Below are positions 17,821 through 26,997 of a stretch of DNA of 32,000 nt, piece by piece; the first letter of the stretch is position 1; each line of letters begins with the position of its first letter. Below the pieces are notes generated by a model. It ran no database searches. It had not been told where the DNA came from and saw only the letters and a program-made list of their open reading frames with translations. Position numbers and translations under genes: made by a program. Where the stretch lies: positions 930,001-962,000 of the forward strand of contig NC_005072.1 in assembly GCF_000011465.1 (NCBI RefSeq). Reading direction: 5' to 3'. The DNA is from Prochlorococcus marinus subsp. pastoris str. CCMP1986. GTDB lineage: Bacteria; Cyanobacteriota; Cyanobacteriia; PCC-6307; Cyanobiaceae.

Positions 17821-18053
17821 ATGCAAAACATTACGTTTAAAGGAAATGTTAATTTTGATAATCAAAAGGAAGAATTGAACGAAAATGAATTGTTCTCTCT
17901 AAAAATTACTGACAGTTTATATAAAAAAGATATTGGAAAATTCCTAGAAATATTATCATCTCATTTCATCCCGTAAAAAAATCCCTACATGATGTTCAAA
18001 TTAAAACAGTGCAAGAAATAAGTTTGTTTTTGACAGATAATATATTTAAATAA
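17821..18053 (+). pseudogene. Small ORF apparently interrupted by a 1-nt frameshift
   Basis: Frame 1: MQNITFKGNVNFDNQKEELNENELFSLKITDSLYKKDIGKFLEILSSHFIP* (17821-17976); the -1 frame then continues HPVKKSLHDVQIKTVQEISLFLTDNIFK* to 18053. Confidence 0.5.
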
Positions 18054-18064
18054 TAAAAAATCTA

Positions 18065-18382
18065 ATGCAAATGTATCTTGCGGATTGTCAATTTCCAGAT
18101 ATTGATAATCAGGTTAAGGCCTATAAATTATTTGTAGAGGCATGGGAGAATGGCGAAATGGCTAAAGCTGACAAAACTGCAAATTTTGAAATGCTCTTTA
18201 GAGTACATGCTCCTGGTGAAGGAAGAGTAGTTTGTTTGTGTAAAGCTTATAGTGATAAGGAAGTTTTTGAACATTTCGCCCCTTGGAGAGCAAAATTTGG
18301 AATTCATATGGAATTTACTCCTGTGACCAGTTGTCAAAACATTGTGGATTATCACAAAGACTTATTTAAATCAATGAATTAA
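18065..18382 (+). CDS. Hypothetical protein, DUF3303-like small dimeric alpha/beta-barrel type
   Basis: MYLADCQFPDIDNQVKAYKLFVEAWENGEMAKADKTANFEMLFRVHAPGEGRVVCLCKAYSDKEVFEHFAPWRAKFGIHMEFTPV; family assignment from memory. Confidence 0.7.
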   Translation: MQMYLADCQFPDIDNQVKAYKLFVEAWENGEMAKADKTANFEMLFRVHAPGEGRVVCLCKAYSDKEVFEHFAPWRAKFGIHMEFTPVTSCQNIVDYHKDLFKSMN

Positions 18383-18407
18383 TAACCTATTAAATTTATT
18401 TTTTAAT

Positions 18408-18581
18408 GTGAAAAAATCATTCTCAAGTATTATTAATAAAGATAAAAATACATCTTTATCTAAAAAATTTCCTAAAAAAGAAGATAATGAAAAATCAAAA
18501 CCATTAATAATTTTCGGAACTATTGTTTCATTATCTTCTATATTTTTGCTCCTTTATACAATAAATAACAAATTTGGCTGA
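18408..18581 (+). CDS. Small C-terminal-TM protein, 57 aa (GTG start)
   Basis: Hand translation MKKSFSSIINKDKNTSLSKKFPKKEDNEKSKPLIIFGTIVSLSSIFLLLYTINNKFG; not in the ORF track. Confidence 0.6.
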   Translation: MKKSFSSIINKDKNTSLSKKFPKKEDNEKSKPLIIFGTIVSLSSIFLLLYTINNKFG

Positions 18582-18649
18582 TATGAGTAATTTACACAAT
18601 TACTTTTATCTTGTATTTGATTTATATTAGTAAAAAATGACTAATTTTT

Positions 18650-18766
18650 ATGGCATTTGAACAGGGTGGAATGGCTTCAGGCCTTCTGATTATCGCAGTT
18701 TCAATCGTTTTTGCTGCTGGATTTGGTTTTTTAGTATTACATTTTGTACCCGGAACACCTTTCTAA
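18650..18766 (+). CDS. 38-aa single-TM peptide (MAFEQGGMASGLLIIAVSIVFAAGFGFLVLHFVPGTPF)
   Basis: Hand-read ORF; higher local GC and a clean TM helix, in the style of a thylakoid low-molecular-mass subunit. Confidence 0.7.
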   Translation: MAFEQGGMASGLLIIAVSIVFAAGFGFLVLHFVPGTPF

Positions 18767-18797
18767 TAACATTATTTATTAATTAGTTTGATCAATA

Positions 18798-19064
18798 TTA
18801 TATGTTCACTGTTTCAAGATCTTGCACAGTGTTATCTTCTTCAGTTTTATTTTTGACTCTATAAGCATAAATTAGTGAACCTAGCGCAATAGATGTAGAA
18901 GCTAATATTCCTGAAATAAGTATCAAAGCAAACAGGCCACCTATCAAACCCCCTTTTAATCTAAGTAAATTAGACTTTATGAGAAGAATCAAAAGAAAAA
19001 ATGTAGTAGCTTTGAGAGAAGTTATTTTAATTAAAGCTAGAGGAGCAAAAGGGTTTAATAACAT
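18798..19064 (-). CDS. Hypothetical protein with two TM segments, 88 aa
   Basis: ORF with two hydrophobic helices and an acidic tail. Confidence 0.65.
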   Translation of the reverse strand: MLLNPFAPLALIKITSLKATTFFLLILLIKSNLLRLKGGLIGGLFALILISGILASTSIALGSLIYAYRVKNKTEEDNTVQDLETVNI

Positions 19065-19119
19065 TTAATTTTTTGTATATTTATAACTCTAAAAAAAAAT
19101 TCTTAAAAACGCTAAAAAA

Positions 19120-19142
19120 AAAGACTCAAAAAGAGTCTTTTA
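19120..19142 (-). terminator. Hairpin terminator downstream of the 19170-19307 gene (potentially bidirectional)
   Basis: AAAAGACTC-AAAAA-GAGTCTTTT perfect 9-bp stem. Confidence 0.75.
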
Positions 19143-19169
19143 AAATTAAAATTCAAAATTATGCATTAT

Positions 19170-19307
19170 TTATTCCTCAGTATCAAATTTGCTAAGGTTT
19201 GGTCCAGCGACTAAACCAACAAGCCCAAAGAGGACTAAAGAACCAATCCCAACACCTGCGGCCCAAGGATTAAAACCGCCAATGGCGAATGAAGCTAAAA
19301 AATTCAT
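19170..19307 (-). CDS. 45-aa Gly-rich single-TM protein (MNFLASFAIGGFNPWAAGVGIGSLVLFGLVGLVAGPNLSKFDTEE)
   Basis: Hand-read ORF followed by its own terminator hairpin; higher GC than the flanks. Confidence 0.7.
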   Translation of the reverse strand: MNFLASFAIGGFNPWAAGVGIGSLVLFGLVGLVAGPNLSKFDTEE

Positions 19308-19527
19308 GAATTTTTAAAAACAATTATCTCGGAGCTAGCATACAGAATTATTGAAGGGAATATACCCAAATTGAGACATTTCTTTGTAATTCGAAAGTAA
19401 TTCAATGAAGGGATGGTTTTGTTGCTAAATAAATATTTGACAAATGTAATACTTTACTTTTAAGTCTTTGATGGACAACAGGTCACCAACTTTTCACTTA
19501 AGATTAAATCATGGAAAACTAATCGTT

Positions 19528-19908
19528 ATGAATACAAATTTAACATTTATATATGATGGAGAATGTCCTTTTTGTAATCATTTTGCAGAACTTTTAGAGC
19601 TTAAAAGTAAAATAAATAAAATTTCTATTCTCGATGGCAGAAAAAATCCCAAAATAATTAAATCTCTTTTAGAGAAAGGTTATGACATCGATAGAGGAGC
19701 AATCCTTCTTAAGGATGATGACATATTTCATGGGGCTGAAGCAATAAATAAAATATGTAATCAAATAAATAACCCTTCTGGCAAACTTTTAAAACTCTTA
19801 TCAAATATCTTTAAATCAAACAAAAGAACGAATTTATTGTTTCCCTTTCTTGTAAGAGCAAGAAGATTAGCCTTAATTGCAAAAGGTGTGCCAACTTCTT
19901 TAGTTTGA
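19528..19908 (+). CDS. DCC-family (DUF393) thiol-disulfide oxidoreductase-like protein
   Basis: LTFIYDGECPFCNHFAELLEL ... ISILDGRKNP...IDRGAILLKDDDIFHGAEAI; start moved to the ATG at 19528 directly before the DGxCPxC motif. Confidence 0.85.
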   Translation: MNTNLTFIYDGECPFCNHFAELLELKSKINKISILDGRKNPKIIKSLLEKGYDIDRGAILLKDDDIFHGAEAINKICNQINNPSGKLLKLLSNIFKSNKRTNLLFPFLVRARRLALIAKGVPTSLV

Positions 19909-20016
19909 AAAAATGATTCCCCTTAAATTAATAAATGACATATTTTTAAGCTTATTTGTGATTAGAAGATAATTTATTATTTCTTAGCTAGAACATATAA
20001 GTAATATCTAAAAGTA

Positions 20017-20202
20017 ATGATAGAAAACTTCAATCCATTTTTATCTTTAGGTGGTAAAGATCAGAAAATAAATCATATGGCAGAAGCTGCACTAGAAATG
20101 AACTTAACATGCAATGATTTAAAAAAAGATCTTGATTTAACTGATGGGGACGTTATTGATATGTTGCAATTAGTGATGGATGGGTTTAAAAATAGAAATT
20201 AA
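20017..20202 (+). CDS. Hypothetical protein, 61 aa
   Basis: MIENFNPFLSLGGKDQKINHMAEAALEMNLTCNDLKKDLDLTDGDVIDMLQLVMDGFKNRN; mostly helical, coding-like. Confidence 0.6.
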   Translation: MIENFNPFLSLGGKDQKINHMAEAALEMNLTCNDLKKDLDLTDGDVIDMLQLVMDGFKNRN

Positions 20203-20245
20203 ATAAATAATCTCACTGAAAAATTTAGTTTTCCTTAAATTTTTA

Positions 20246-20551
20246 ATGAAAAGTATACAAATTGAATTTTCAAAATATGAGTCAGTAAGTTCATTATGGT
20301 CTGAATTGATAGAACATCATGGGTTTGAAAGAGCTAAAAATATTGTTTCACAAGCTATAGATTTACAAAAAATGAATGGCAATAAAAATGTAACCATGCC
20401 AATTATATTTTCAGGGACTGGAGGATTAGCATTAATTCCTATTAAATCATTAAAAGAAAAAACTTTAAAGAGTAAATCAAAAGAAAATCAAGTACTCATA
20501 TTTAATCTCAAAAAGAAATCATTTCAAATATTAAATGAAGCTAAACATTAA
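20246..20551 (+). CDS. Hypothetical protein, 101 aa
   Basis: ORF with normal composition; no recognised domain. Confidence 0.6.
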   Translation: MKSIQIEFSKYESVSSLWSELIEHHGFERAKNIVSQAIDLQKMNGNKNVTMPIIFSGTGGLALIPIKSLKEKTLKSKSKENQVLIFNLKKKSFQILNEAKH

Positions 20552-20695
20552 TAAATTTTTTGAAAACCATTTAATAAAACAAATTAGATTGGAAAATATC
20601 TCATCACAGAATTAATTGATATACCAAACCCATAGAAAATTTTTACTCAATATTTACAAATTTTATTTATAGTCTATTTATGTTTACAACGAATA

Positions 20696-21412
20696 ATGAC
20701 TTTTGAAGCCAAATATCTAGGTTCAAACGGTTGGTTGATCAAATTTGATAAAACTAACTTAATAATAGATCCCTGGCTTACAGGTGATTTGATATTCCCT
20801 CCAGGAGAGTGGTTTTTCAAAGGTTCACTAGATAATGAAATTTTAATTGAGGAAGACATTAATATAATTTTATTGACGCAAGGCTTACCCGATCATTGCC
20901 ATGTTCCTTCATTAAAAAAGTTTAAAAAAGATATTGATATCATCTGCTCCAATAGTGCAAAAGGAATTCTTGAAAAATTAGGCTTTACTTCGATCAAAGT
21001 TCTTAAACCAAAAGAAAAAATCATGCAAAAGGAACTAGAAATAGAAGCTACTGCTGGTGCTCCCGTACCACAAATAGAAAATGGATACATAGTAAAAGAC
21101 TATAAAGGAAAGGGTTTCTACATAGAACCACATGGTTATCTTGATGAAAACGTTAATTCTCAAGAATTAGATGCAGTCATAACTCCAATAATTAACCTTG
21201 AACTTCCTCTTGTTGGATCTTTTGTAAAAGGGGCCGATGTGCTTCCCAAATTAATAAAAACTTTTAATCCAAAATATATACTTTCAAGTACTGCTGGAGG
21301 AGAAGCAAAATATACAGGCCTTTTAAACAAATTTATATCAGTTCAGGAATATGCAGAAGAAGTAAAATGTAACCTGGTAAATTTAAAAACTATGGATTCT
21401 GTAAAAATTTAG
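20696..21412 (+). CDS. MBL-fold (beta-lactamase-like) metallohydrolase
   Basis: NLIIDPWLTGDL ... ILLTQGLPDHCHVPSLKKF ... YILSSTAGGEAKYTG; UlaG/YtnP-like layout with a modified HxHxDH motif. Confidence 0.75.
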   Translation: MTFEAKYLGSNGWLIKFDKTNLIIDPWLTGDLIFPPGEWFFKGSLDNEILIEEDINIILLTQGLPDHCHVPSLKKFKKDIDIICSNSAKGILEKLGFTSIKVLKPKEKIMQKELEIEATAGAPVPQIENGYIVKDYKGKGFYIEPHGYLDENVNSQELDAVITPIINLELPLVGSFVKGADVLPKLIKTFNPKYILSSTAGGEAKYTGLLNKFISVQEYAEEVKCNLVNLKTMDSVKI

Positions 21413-21485
21413 ATATGTTTAATAAAGAAAATTTATAACTATATCGTTAGTGCTTATAAACTAATAAAATAGAAAAAGATAAGGG

Positions 21486-21848
21486 TTATCTAAAATTTAT
21501 TCATTATTTTTTTCAACAATTTGTCTTTTTGCACTAAACACATCCTATTTTTGTGACAATATTAAGCTCGATTTAGTAATTAGAAATAATATTAATGGGG
21601 ATTTCTCAATAGTTAAAACCATCTCTGAAATTGAACCTGGAGCATTTATTAATATAGATTGGAATAAAAAAAAACTAATGTTACCATATTCTCTGAGAAA
21701 AGATTATTTATCATTTACGGATAGAAAATGGGATTGGAGATACGAAATAAATCAAGAGGGATTGGTAAAAGATAAAAATCCGATATTGTATGAGTTACTT
21801 CCATCTGGAATAATCAAAGATCATATATGTCAATTAGGAAAAACCTAA
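21486..21848 (+). CDS. Secreted hypothetical protein, about 120 aa, no canonical start codon
   Basis: Frame after the stop at 21480: LSKIYSLFFSTICLFALNTSYFCDNIKLDLVIRNNINGDFSIVKTISEIEPGAFINIDWNKKKLMLPYSLRKDYLSFTDRKWDWRYEINQEGLVKDKNPILYELLPSGIIKDHICQLGKT*; exact start unknown. Confidence 0.5.
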   Translation, partial: LSKIYSLFFSTICLFALNTSYFCDNIKLDLVIRNNINGDFSIVKTISEIEPGAFINIDWNKKKLMLPYSLRKDYLSFTDRKWDWRYEINQEGLVKDKNPILYELLPSGIIKDHICQLGKT

Positions 21849-21918
21849 TTATTTTAATTTATCATGCACATAATACTCTCTAATAAATTATTTAGTTCAG
21901 AGGATTAATTAAATAAAG

Positions 21919-24528
21919 ATGCTTAACGTTTCAGACAATAAGAACAATAATCAATATATAAAACTGGAGGATTACAAACCCTTTGATTATGAAATACCTA
22001 ATATTTTTTTGGATTTCATAATTGAAGACAAAAGAGTAATTGTTAAAACCGAACTAGAATTCATTAAAAAGAATATTAATATAAATTCCCTTATTCTTGA
22101 TGGGATAGATATATTTGTTGAAAAGATATATTTAGATGAATCTTTATTAGAAGAAAATAACTATTCAATACAAAAAAATAGATTATTAATTAAACCCATA
22201 CTCAAAGAAACTTTTACCTTAAAGATTGTGGGAACAATTAAACCAAAGGAGAATTTTTCACTTTTAGGAATGTATGAAAGTAATGGAATTATTACTACGC
22301 AATGCGAAGCAGAAGGCTTTAGAAGAATAAGTTACCATTCTGATAGACCTGATATTTTAAGTAAATACAAAGTAAGGATCGAGGCTAATAAGGAAGATTT
22401 TCCTGTTTTACTTTCTAATGGAAATCTAGTCAAAGCAAATGATCTTAAACACAGAAGGCACGAAGTGATATGGGAAGATCCATATCCTAAACCCTCATAT
22501 CTTTTCGCTTTAGTTGCAGGAAAACTGAACTGCATAAAAGATAACTTCAATACTAAATCTAATAAAAAAGTAGAAATAAATATTTACGTGGAAAAAGGTG
22601 ATGAAAAATATGTAAAACATTCAATCAATTCATTAAAGAAGTCAATGAAATGGGACGAAGAAAAATATAATCTTGAATACGATTTATCTTTATTTAATAT
22701 TGTTGCAATTAGGCATTTCAATATGGGAGCGATGGAAAATAAAAGCCTCAATATTTTTAACTCAAAATTAATACTTGCAAATAAAGAGACTACGACTGAT
22801 GAAGAGCTAGAGCGTATAGAAGGTGTAATCGCTCATGAGTACTTTCATAATTGGACGGGGAATAGAATAACTTGTAGAGATTGGTTTCAATTATCCCTAA
22901 AAGAGGGTTTAACAGTATTTAGAGATCAGGAATTTACATCAGATCTTCATAATCGTTCAATAAAAAGACTTGAGGATGCAAAATTCTTAAGAAAAGCACA
23001 ATTTAGAGAAGACTCCGGTCCAACATCACATCCAGTGAGACCTGAAAAATATTTAGAGATAGACAATTTTTATACAACTACTATCTACGAAAAAGGAGCA
23101 GAAATAATAAGGATGCTTAAAACATTAGTAAAAGAAGAAAACTTTAATAATGGTTTTAGTAATTTTATTTCTACCTATGATGGGAAAGCAGCAACTATTG
23201 ATCAATTTGTTAATAAGATTTTAGAAAATAACAAAGAAATAAATAATGAAAAATTTAAAACTTGGTATAAACAAAATGGAACTCCACTAGTTAAGTTTAA
23301 AAGAAAATGGGATAAAGAAAAACAAATCCTTAAAATACAAGTCTCGCAAATAAATTCAAATAAAAAAAATCTTTATAACGATTTACCTCTAATAATTCCT
23401 ATTAATATTGCAATATTCTTGAATAGTTATGAAAAAATAAAAAAGACACTTATCTTAAAAGAAAAGGAAGAGGAATTCACTTTAGAAAATATAAACTCCA
23501 AATTTGACAGCCCAATAATTTCTTATTTTCGAAATTTCTCAGCTCCCATTAAATGGGAAACAGATACTACTTTTGCAGAGAAATTATTAATACTAGAATT
23601 TGAAACTGATTATTTTACGATATATGACACGATAAAAGGCATATATAAAAAAATAATTTGCAAAAGAATATATGAAGAACCCGATATTAATATTGAAAAT
23701 AAATTAATAACAACATTAAGATCAATAATAAGGAATAATAAAAGTATAAATTTATCTCTCTTATCTGAAATACTTAGTATCCCAACTTTCTCTGAAATAG
23801 AATCAGAGATCAAGAAAGTTGATCCATTAAAAGTTTATAAAACTATTGACGACTTAAATTATCTTTTTGGTACAAAATTAAAAGTAGAACTACTGAATAA
23901 GCTTAAAGAAATTGATAAAAACATTACTAAATTATGGCCTGAGGGTAAGGATGAAAGAAAACTAATAGAAACAATATGGAGGTTACTTTTACATAGTAAA
24001 TATGAGGGAATTAAAAATAAAGTAATTAGTTATATAGATAGTAATTCAATGACTCTTTCAAAAGCTGCTTTGAATGTATTCACCAGGATTAATTGTCCGG
24101 AAAGAGAATTAATTTCAAATATTTTTTTTAATAAATGGAAACACAATCCAGTAGTCTTAGATAATTGGTTCTTTTTTAAAGCATCTATTGAGATAAATAA
24201 TAATCAAAAAAATATTGAAGCTCTATTTAAAAATGAATATTTTGATGTCAAATCACCCAATACTTTAAAATCTATATTAAATGCATACGTAACAAGAAAT
24301 TCATTATTCCACTCCAGAGATGGATCAGGTTATAAATACGTAGCAGATAAAATTCTAGAATATGACAAATCAAATCCAATAGTAATTTCACGTTTTTTAA
24401 AAATATTTAGTACTTTCAGGCAATATGAAAATCCTTATAAAAGAAATATAATTAAAGTTCTTGATTACATTAAAAAAAATAAACTCTCACCAAATACAAG
24501 AGAAATTATAGATGCAATTTTAAATTAA
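21919..24528 (+). CDS. pepN: Aminopeptidase N (M1 family)
   Basis: GAMENKSLNIF and HEYFHNWTGNRITCRDWFQLSLKEGLTVFRDQEF zinc-binding/catalytic motifs; full-length 869 aa. Confidence 0.97.
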   Translation: MLNVSDNKNNNQYIKLEDYKPFDYEIPNIFLDFIIEDKRVIVKTELEFIKKNININSLILDGIDIFVEKIYLDESLLEENNYSIQKNRLLIKPILKETFTLKIVGTIKPKENFSLLGMYESNGIITTQCEAEGFRRISYHSDRPDILSKYKVRIEANKEDFPVLLSNGNLVKANDLKHRRHEVIWEDPYPKPSYLFALVAGKLNCIKDNFNTKSNKKVEINIYVEKGDEKYVKHSINSLKKSMKWDEEKYNLEYDLSLFNIVAIRHFNMGAMENKSLNIFNSKLILANKETTTDEELERIEGVIAHEYFHNWTGNRITCRDWFQLSLKEGLTVFRDQEFTSDLHNRSIKRLEDAKFLRKAQFREDSGPTSHPVRPEKYLEIDNFYTTTIYEKGAEIIRMLKTLVKEENFNNGFSNFISTYDGKAATIDQFVNKILENNKEINNEKFKTWYKQNGTPLVKFKRKWDKEKQILKIQVSQINSNKKNLYNDLPLIIPINIAIFLNSYEKIKKTLILKEKEEEFTLENINSKFDSPIISYFRNFSAPIKWETDTTFAEKLLILEFETDYFTIYDTIKGIYKKIICKRIYEEPDINIENKLITTLRSIIRNNKSINLSLLSEILSIPTFSEIESEIKKVDPLKVYKTIDDLNYLFGTKLKVELLNKLKEIDKNITKLWPEGKDERKLIETIWRLLLHSKYEGIKNKVISYIDSNSMTLSKAALNVFTRINCPERELISNIFFNKWKHNPVVLDNWFFFKASIEINNNQKNIEALFKNEYFDVKSPNTLKSILNAYVTRNSLFHSRDGSGYKYVADKILEYDKSNPIVISRFLKIFSTFRQYENPYKRNIIKVLDYIKKNKLSPNTREIIDAILN

Positions 24529-24536
24529 TAATTATT

Positions 24537-24773
24537 CTATTTATATAAACTTATAAGTAGTATTATTAAAATCCCAATAATAATAAAAAGCAAATATATC
24601 TTTTGAGAGATTTGTATTTTAAAATTACTAAATCGATCTTTTTTATATTCTTTATCCCACTTTTTTTTTACGTAATTATTAGTTACAAATTTGTTAGGTC
24701 TACCACAGAATAGGCAAGTAGGGGCTGTTATTGAGATTAAATTCTTACATTGTGGACATTTTTTTTGCATCAT
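24537..24773 (-). CDS. Zinc-ribbon plus C-terminal TM small protein
   Basis: CPQCKNLISITAPTCLFCGRP (two CxxC) and IYLLFIIIGILIILLISLYK anchor. Confidence 0.75.
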   Translation of the reverse strand: MMQKKCPQCKNLISITAPTCLFCGRPNKFVTNNYVKKKWDKEYKKDRFSNFKIQISQKIYLLFIIIGILIILLISLYK

Positions 24774-24933
24774 AATTTTTTTATTTTAGCAAATAATTTT
24801 TGAATATTTCTTATTAAAAACCATATATAAAAATTTCTCTTAAGAAGAAAAATATTAAAGATTATTTATAGATAATGATTCGAGATTAATTAAATTAAGT
24901 TTCAAAAGAATACTTAATTAAAGCTAATAAATA

Positions 24934-25131
24934 ATGTGGAATATAATAAATTATTATTTTAATTTTTACATGTTTGCAATTGCATTAGGATTAGGTCCTA
25001 TAGAAACAATTACAATAGCAATATCAGCTACAGTTTTTATTTCTGCTTTTACATGGGTATCAATTAAAGGTGATTTAAGAGAACTTGCAAACGAACTAAT
25101 TGATGATAATAATCAGAAAGAAGAAAATTAA
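24934..25131 (+). CDS. Hypothetical membrane protein, 65 aa
   Basis: FAIALGLGPIETITIAISATVFISAFTWVSIKGDLRELANELIDDNNQKEEN. Confidence 0.6.
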   Translation: MWNIINYYFNFYMFAIALGLGPIETITIAISATVFISAFTWVSIKGDLRELANELIDDNNQKEEN

Positions 25132-25147
25132 TTATTTCTATAAATAA

Positions 25148-25369
25148 TTAATTATGTAGCCTTGGATAATCAATAATATGTCTTATTTCCTTAAGGGATG
25201 CTCCATAAATTCTATTACCATTTAAATTAACTCCTTTCCATTTTTCTTTTTGGTTAAAAGTATCGTTATTACAAGAGTTATGCCCAAAAGAATGCTTATC
25301 ATCCCATGTCAAAGTTATATCCCAACCTTTATAGTTCTCTATCATAGAAAAAAATATTAATACATTCAA
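25148..25369 (-). CDS. Hypothetical protein, likely starting at an internal Met (MIENYKGWDITL...)
   Basis: ENYKGWDITLTWDDKHSFGHNSCNNDTFNQKEKWKGVNLNGNRIYGASLKEIRHIID; coding-like. Confidence 0.65.
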   Translation of the reverse strand: MNVLIFFSMIENYKGWDITLTWDDKHSFGHNSCNNDTFNQKEKWKGVNLNGNRIYGASLKEIRHIIDYPRLHN

Positions 25370-25447
25370 ATATTACATACAAAGACAGAAAACAAAAACG
25401 AAGGAAATAAGTAGTTTTTTTATAATATTTATTTAATATTCTATAAA

Positions 25448-26620
25448 TTAGGAAACAATTTTTATTTTAAGTGCTGACTTGTCCGCATTTTCTCTAGCAA
25501 TATTTAGGTCATCATCTGTTGAAAGGACTACCCCCATTCTCCTTCCTTTCTTTGCTGTTGGTTTCCCAAATATTAGAACTTTAGTATTCTCTAGTTCTAA
25601 TGCCTCGTTTAGTCCAGAGTATGAAGGAGTATTAGATTCTTTATCTGATATTATTACTCTGGTTGCTGATGGCTTTAATAGTGAGATATTTGGTATAGGT
25701 AGATTTAAAAAGGCTCTTAAGTGTAATTCAAATTCGTTTATGTTTTGACTAACTAAGGTGACCATTCCTGTATCATGAGGCCTAGGAGATAATTCTGAAA
25801 ATATAACCTCTTTGCCTCTAACAAAAAACTCAACCCCATATATACCTGAACCATTTAAATTGTTTAATATTTTTGTTGTCATTTTTCGGGCTTCATTAAT
25901 CAAGGATTGATTCATATCCAATGGTTGCCAGCTACATTGATAATCTCCTTTGTATTGTTCATGACCTATTGGCTCACAAAATATATTCTCTCCACTAGTT
26001 TTTCTAATAGTTAAAAGAGTAAATTCATAATCAAAATTTAAAAATTCCTCAAGTATTACACCAACTATTTTTCCTCTTGAATTTTTCAAGGCATCATTCC
26101 AAGCTAATAAAAGATCCTCTTTCCTATTAACTAAACTTTGACCTTTACCTGATGAACTCATTAGAGGCTTTATCAAAAGAGGGAATCCAATTTCAGATGA
26201 CTTTATTTCTAGCTCATCAACATTAAAAACATAACTAAATTTTGCAGTTTTTATATTTAATTCTTTAGATGCCAGGTCTCTTATTTTATCCCTATTCATA
26301 GTTATTTCAACAGTTCTAGCATTAGGAACGATATTTATTCCTTCATCTTCCAATTCCTTTAAAGCTTCAATTGATAGTGCTTCAATTTCGGGTACTACAA
26401 AATCAGGATTGAGTTCTTTTATCTTTTTTTTTAGTATTTCCTTATCACTCATATCTATGACAAAAGAATTATCAGCTAATTGCATCGCAGGTGCATTTTC
26501 GTATTTATCAATAGCTATTACTTCTAGGCCTAATCTTTTAGCTTCAACCACTAATTCTTTTCCAAGTTCGCCACTGCCAAGTAATAATATTTTCTTGGGA
26601 ATAAATTTAAAGCTGCTCAT
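25448..26620 (-). CDS. purT: Formate-dependent phosphoribosylglycinamide formyltransferase 2
   Basis: ILLLGSGELGKELVVEAKRLGLEVIAIDKYENAPAMQLADNSFVIDM, ATP-grasp body, ELSPRPHDTGMVTLVSQNINEFELHLRAFLNLP. Confidence 0.97.
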   Translation of the reverse strand: MSSFKFIPKKILLLGSGELGKELVVEAKRLGLEVIAIDKYENAPAMQLADNSFVIDMSDKEILKKKIKELNPDFVVPEIEALSIEALKELEDEGINIVPNARTVEITMNRDKIRDLASKELNIKTAKFSYVFNVDELEIKSSEIGFPLLIKPLMSSSGKGQSLVNRKEDLLLAWNDALKNSRGKIVGVILEEFLNFDYEFTLLTIRKTSGENIFCEPIGHEQYKGDYQCSWQPLDMNQSLINEARKMTTKILNNLNGSGIYGVEFFVRGKEVIFSELSPRPHDTGMVTLVSQNINEFELHLRAFLNLPIPNISLLKPSATRVIISDKESNTPSYSGLNEALELENTKVLIFGKPTAKKGRRMGVVLSTDDDLNIARENADKSALKIKIVS

Positions 26621-26637
26621 CTCTAAATAAATTTATG

Positions 26638-26880
26638 TTATTTATTATCGTCAGATAGCTTGTTAGAGAGTTTATCTTCACTTTTATTAGCTTTTAAATT
26701 AGACAAAAAAGAATTATTTCCGAACCAATCATTTTGCTTCATTCCTCTTGTAATTGAAGTTGAAATAGCACCAAGAAAGAAAAAAGCCATCATTACCCAA
26801 AGGATTCGTTCTAGAGCAATTGAAGGCGAGAAGCCCTGTCCTGATTTAATAATTTCAGTAAGAGGGTCTAAGGGGTCCAA
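26638..26880 (-). CDS. Hypothetical single-TM protein, 80 aa
   Basis: ERILWVMMAFFFLGAISTSITRGMKQNDWFG; immediately upstream of purT on the same strand. Confidence 0.65.
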   Translation of the reverse strand: MDPLDPLTEIIKSGQGFSPSIALERILWVMMAFFFLGAISTSITRGMKQNDWFGNNSFLSNLKANKSEDKLSNKLSDDNK

Positions 26881-26997
26881 GTTAATTTTTAAGTATGTTA
26901 TTTTATTATATAAGTTGAGTAAAAACTTTTTACTAAAAATTACAAATAAAAATAATAGGCAAATAAGGTCTTTAAAAAACGCAAAAACATTTTTTCA

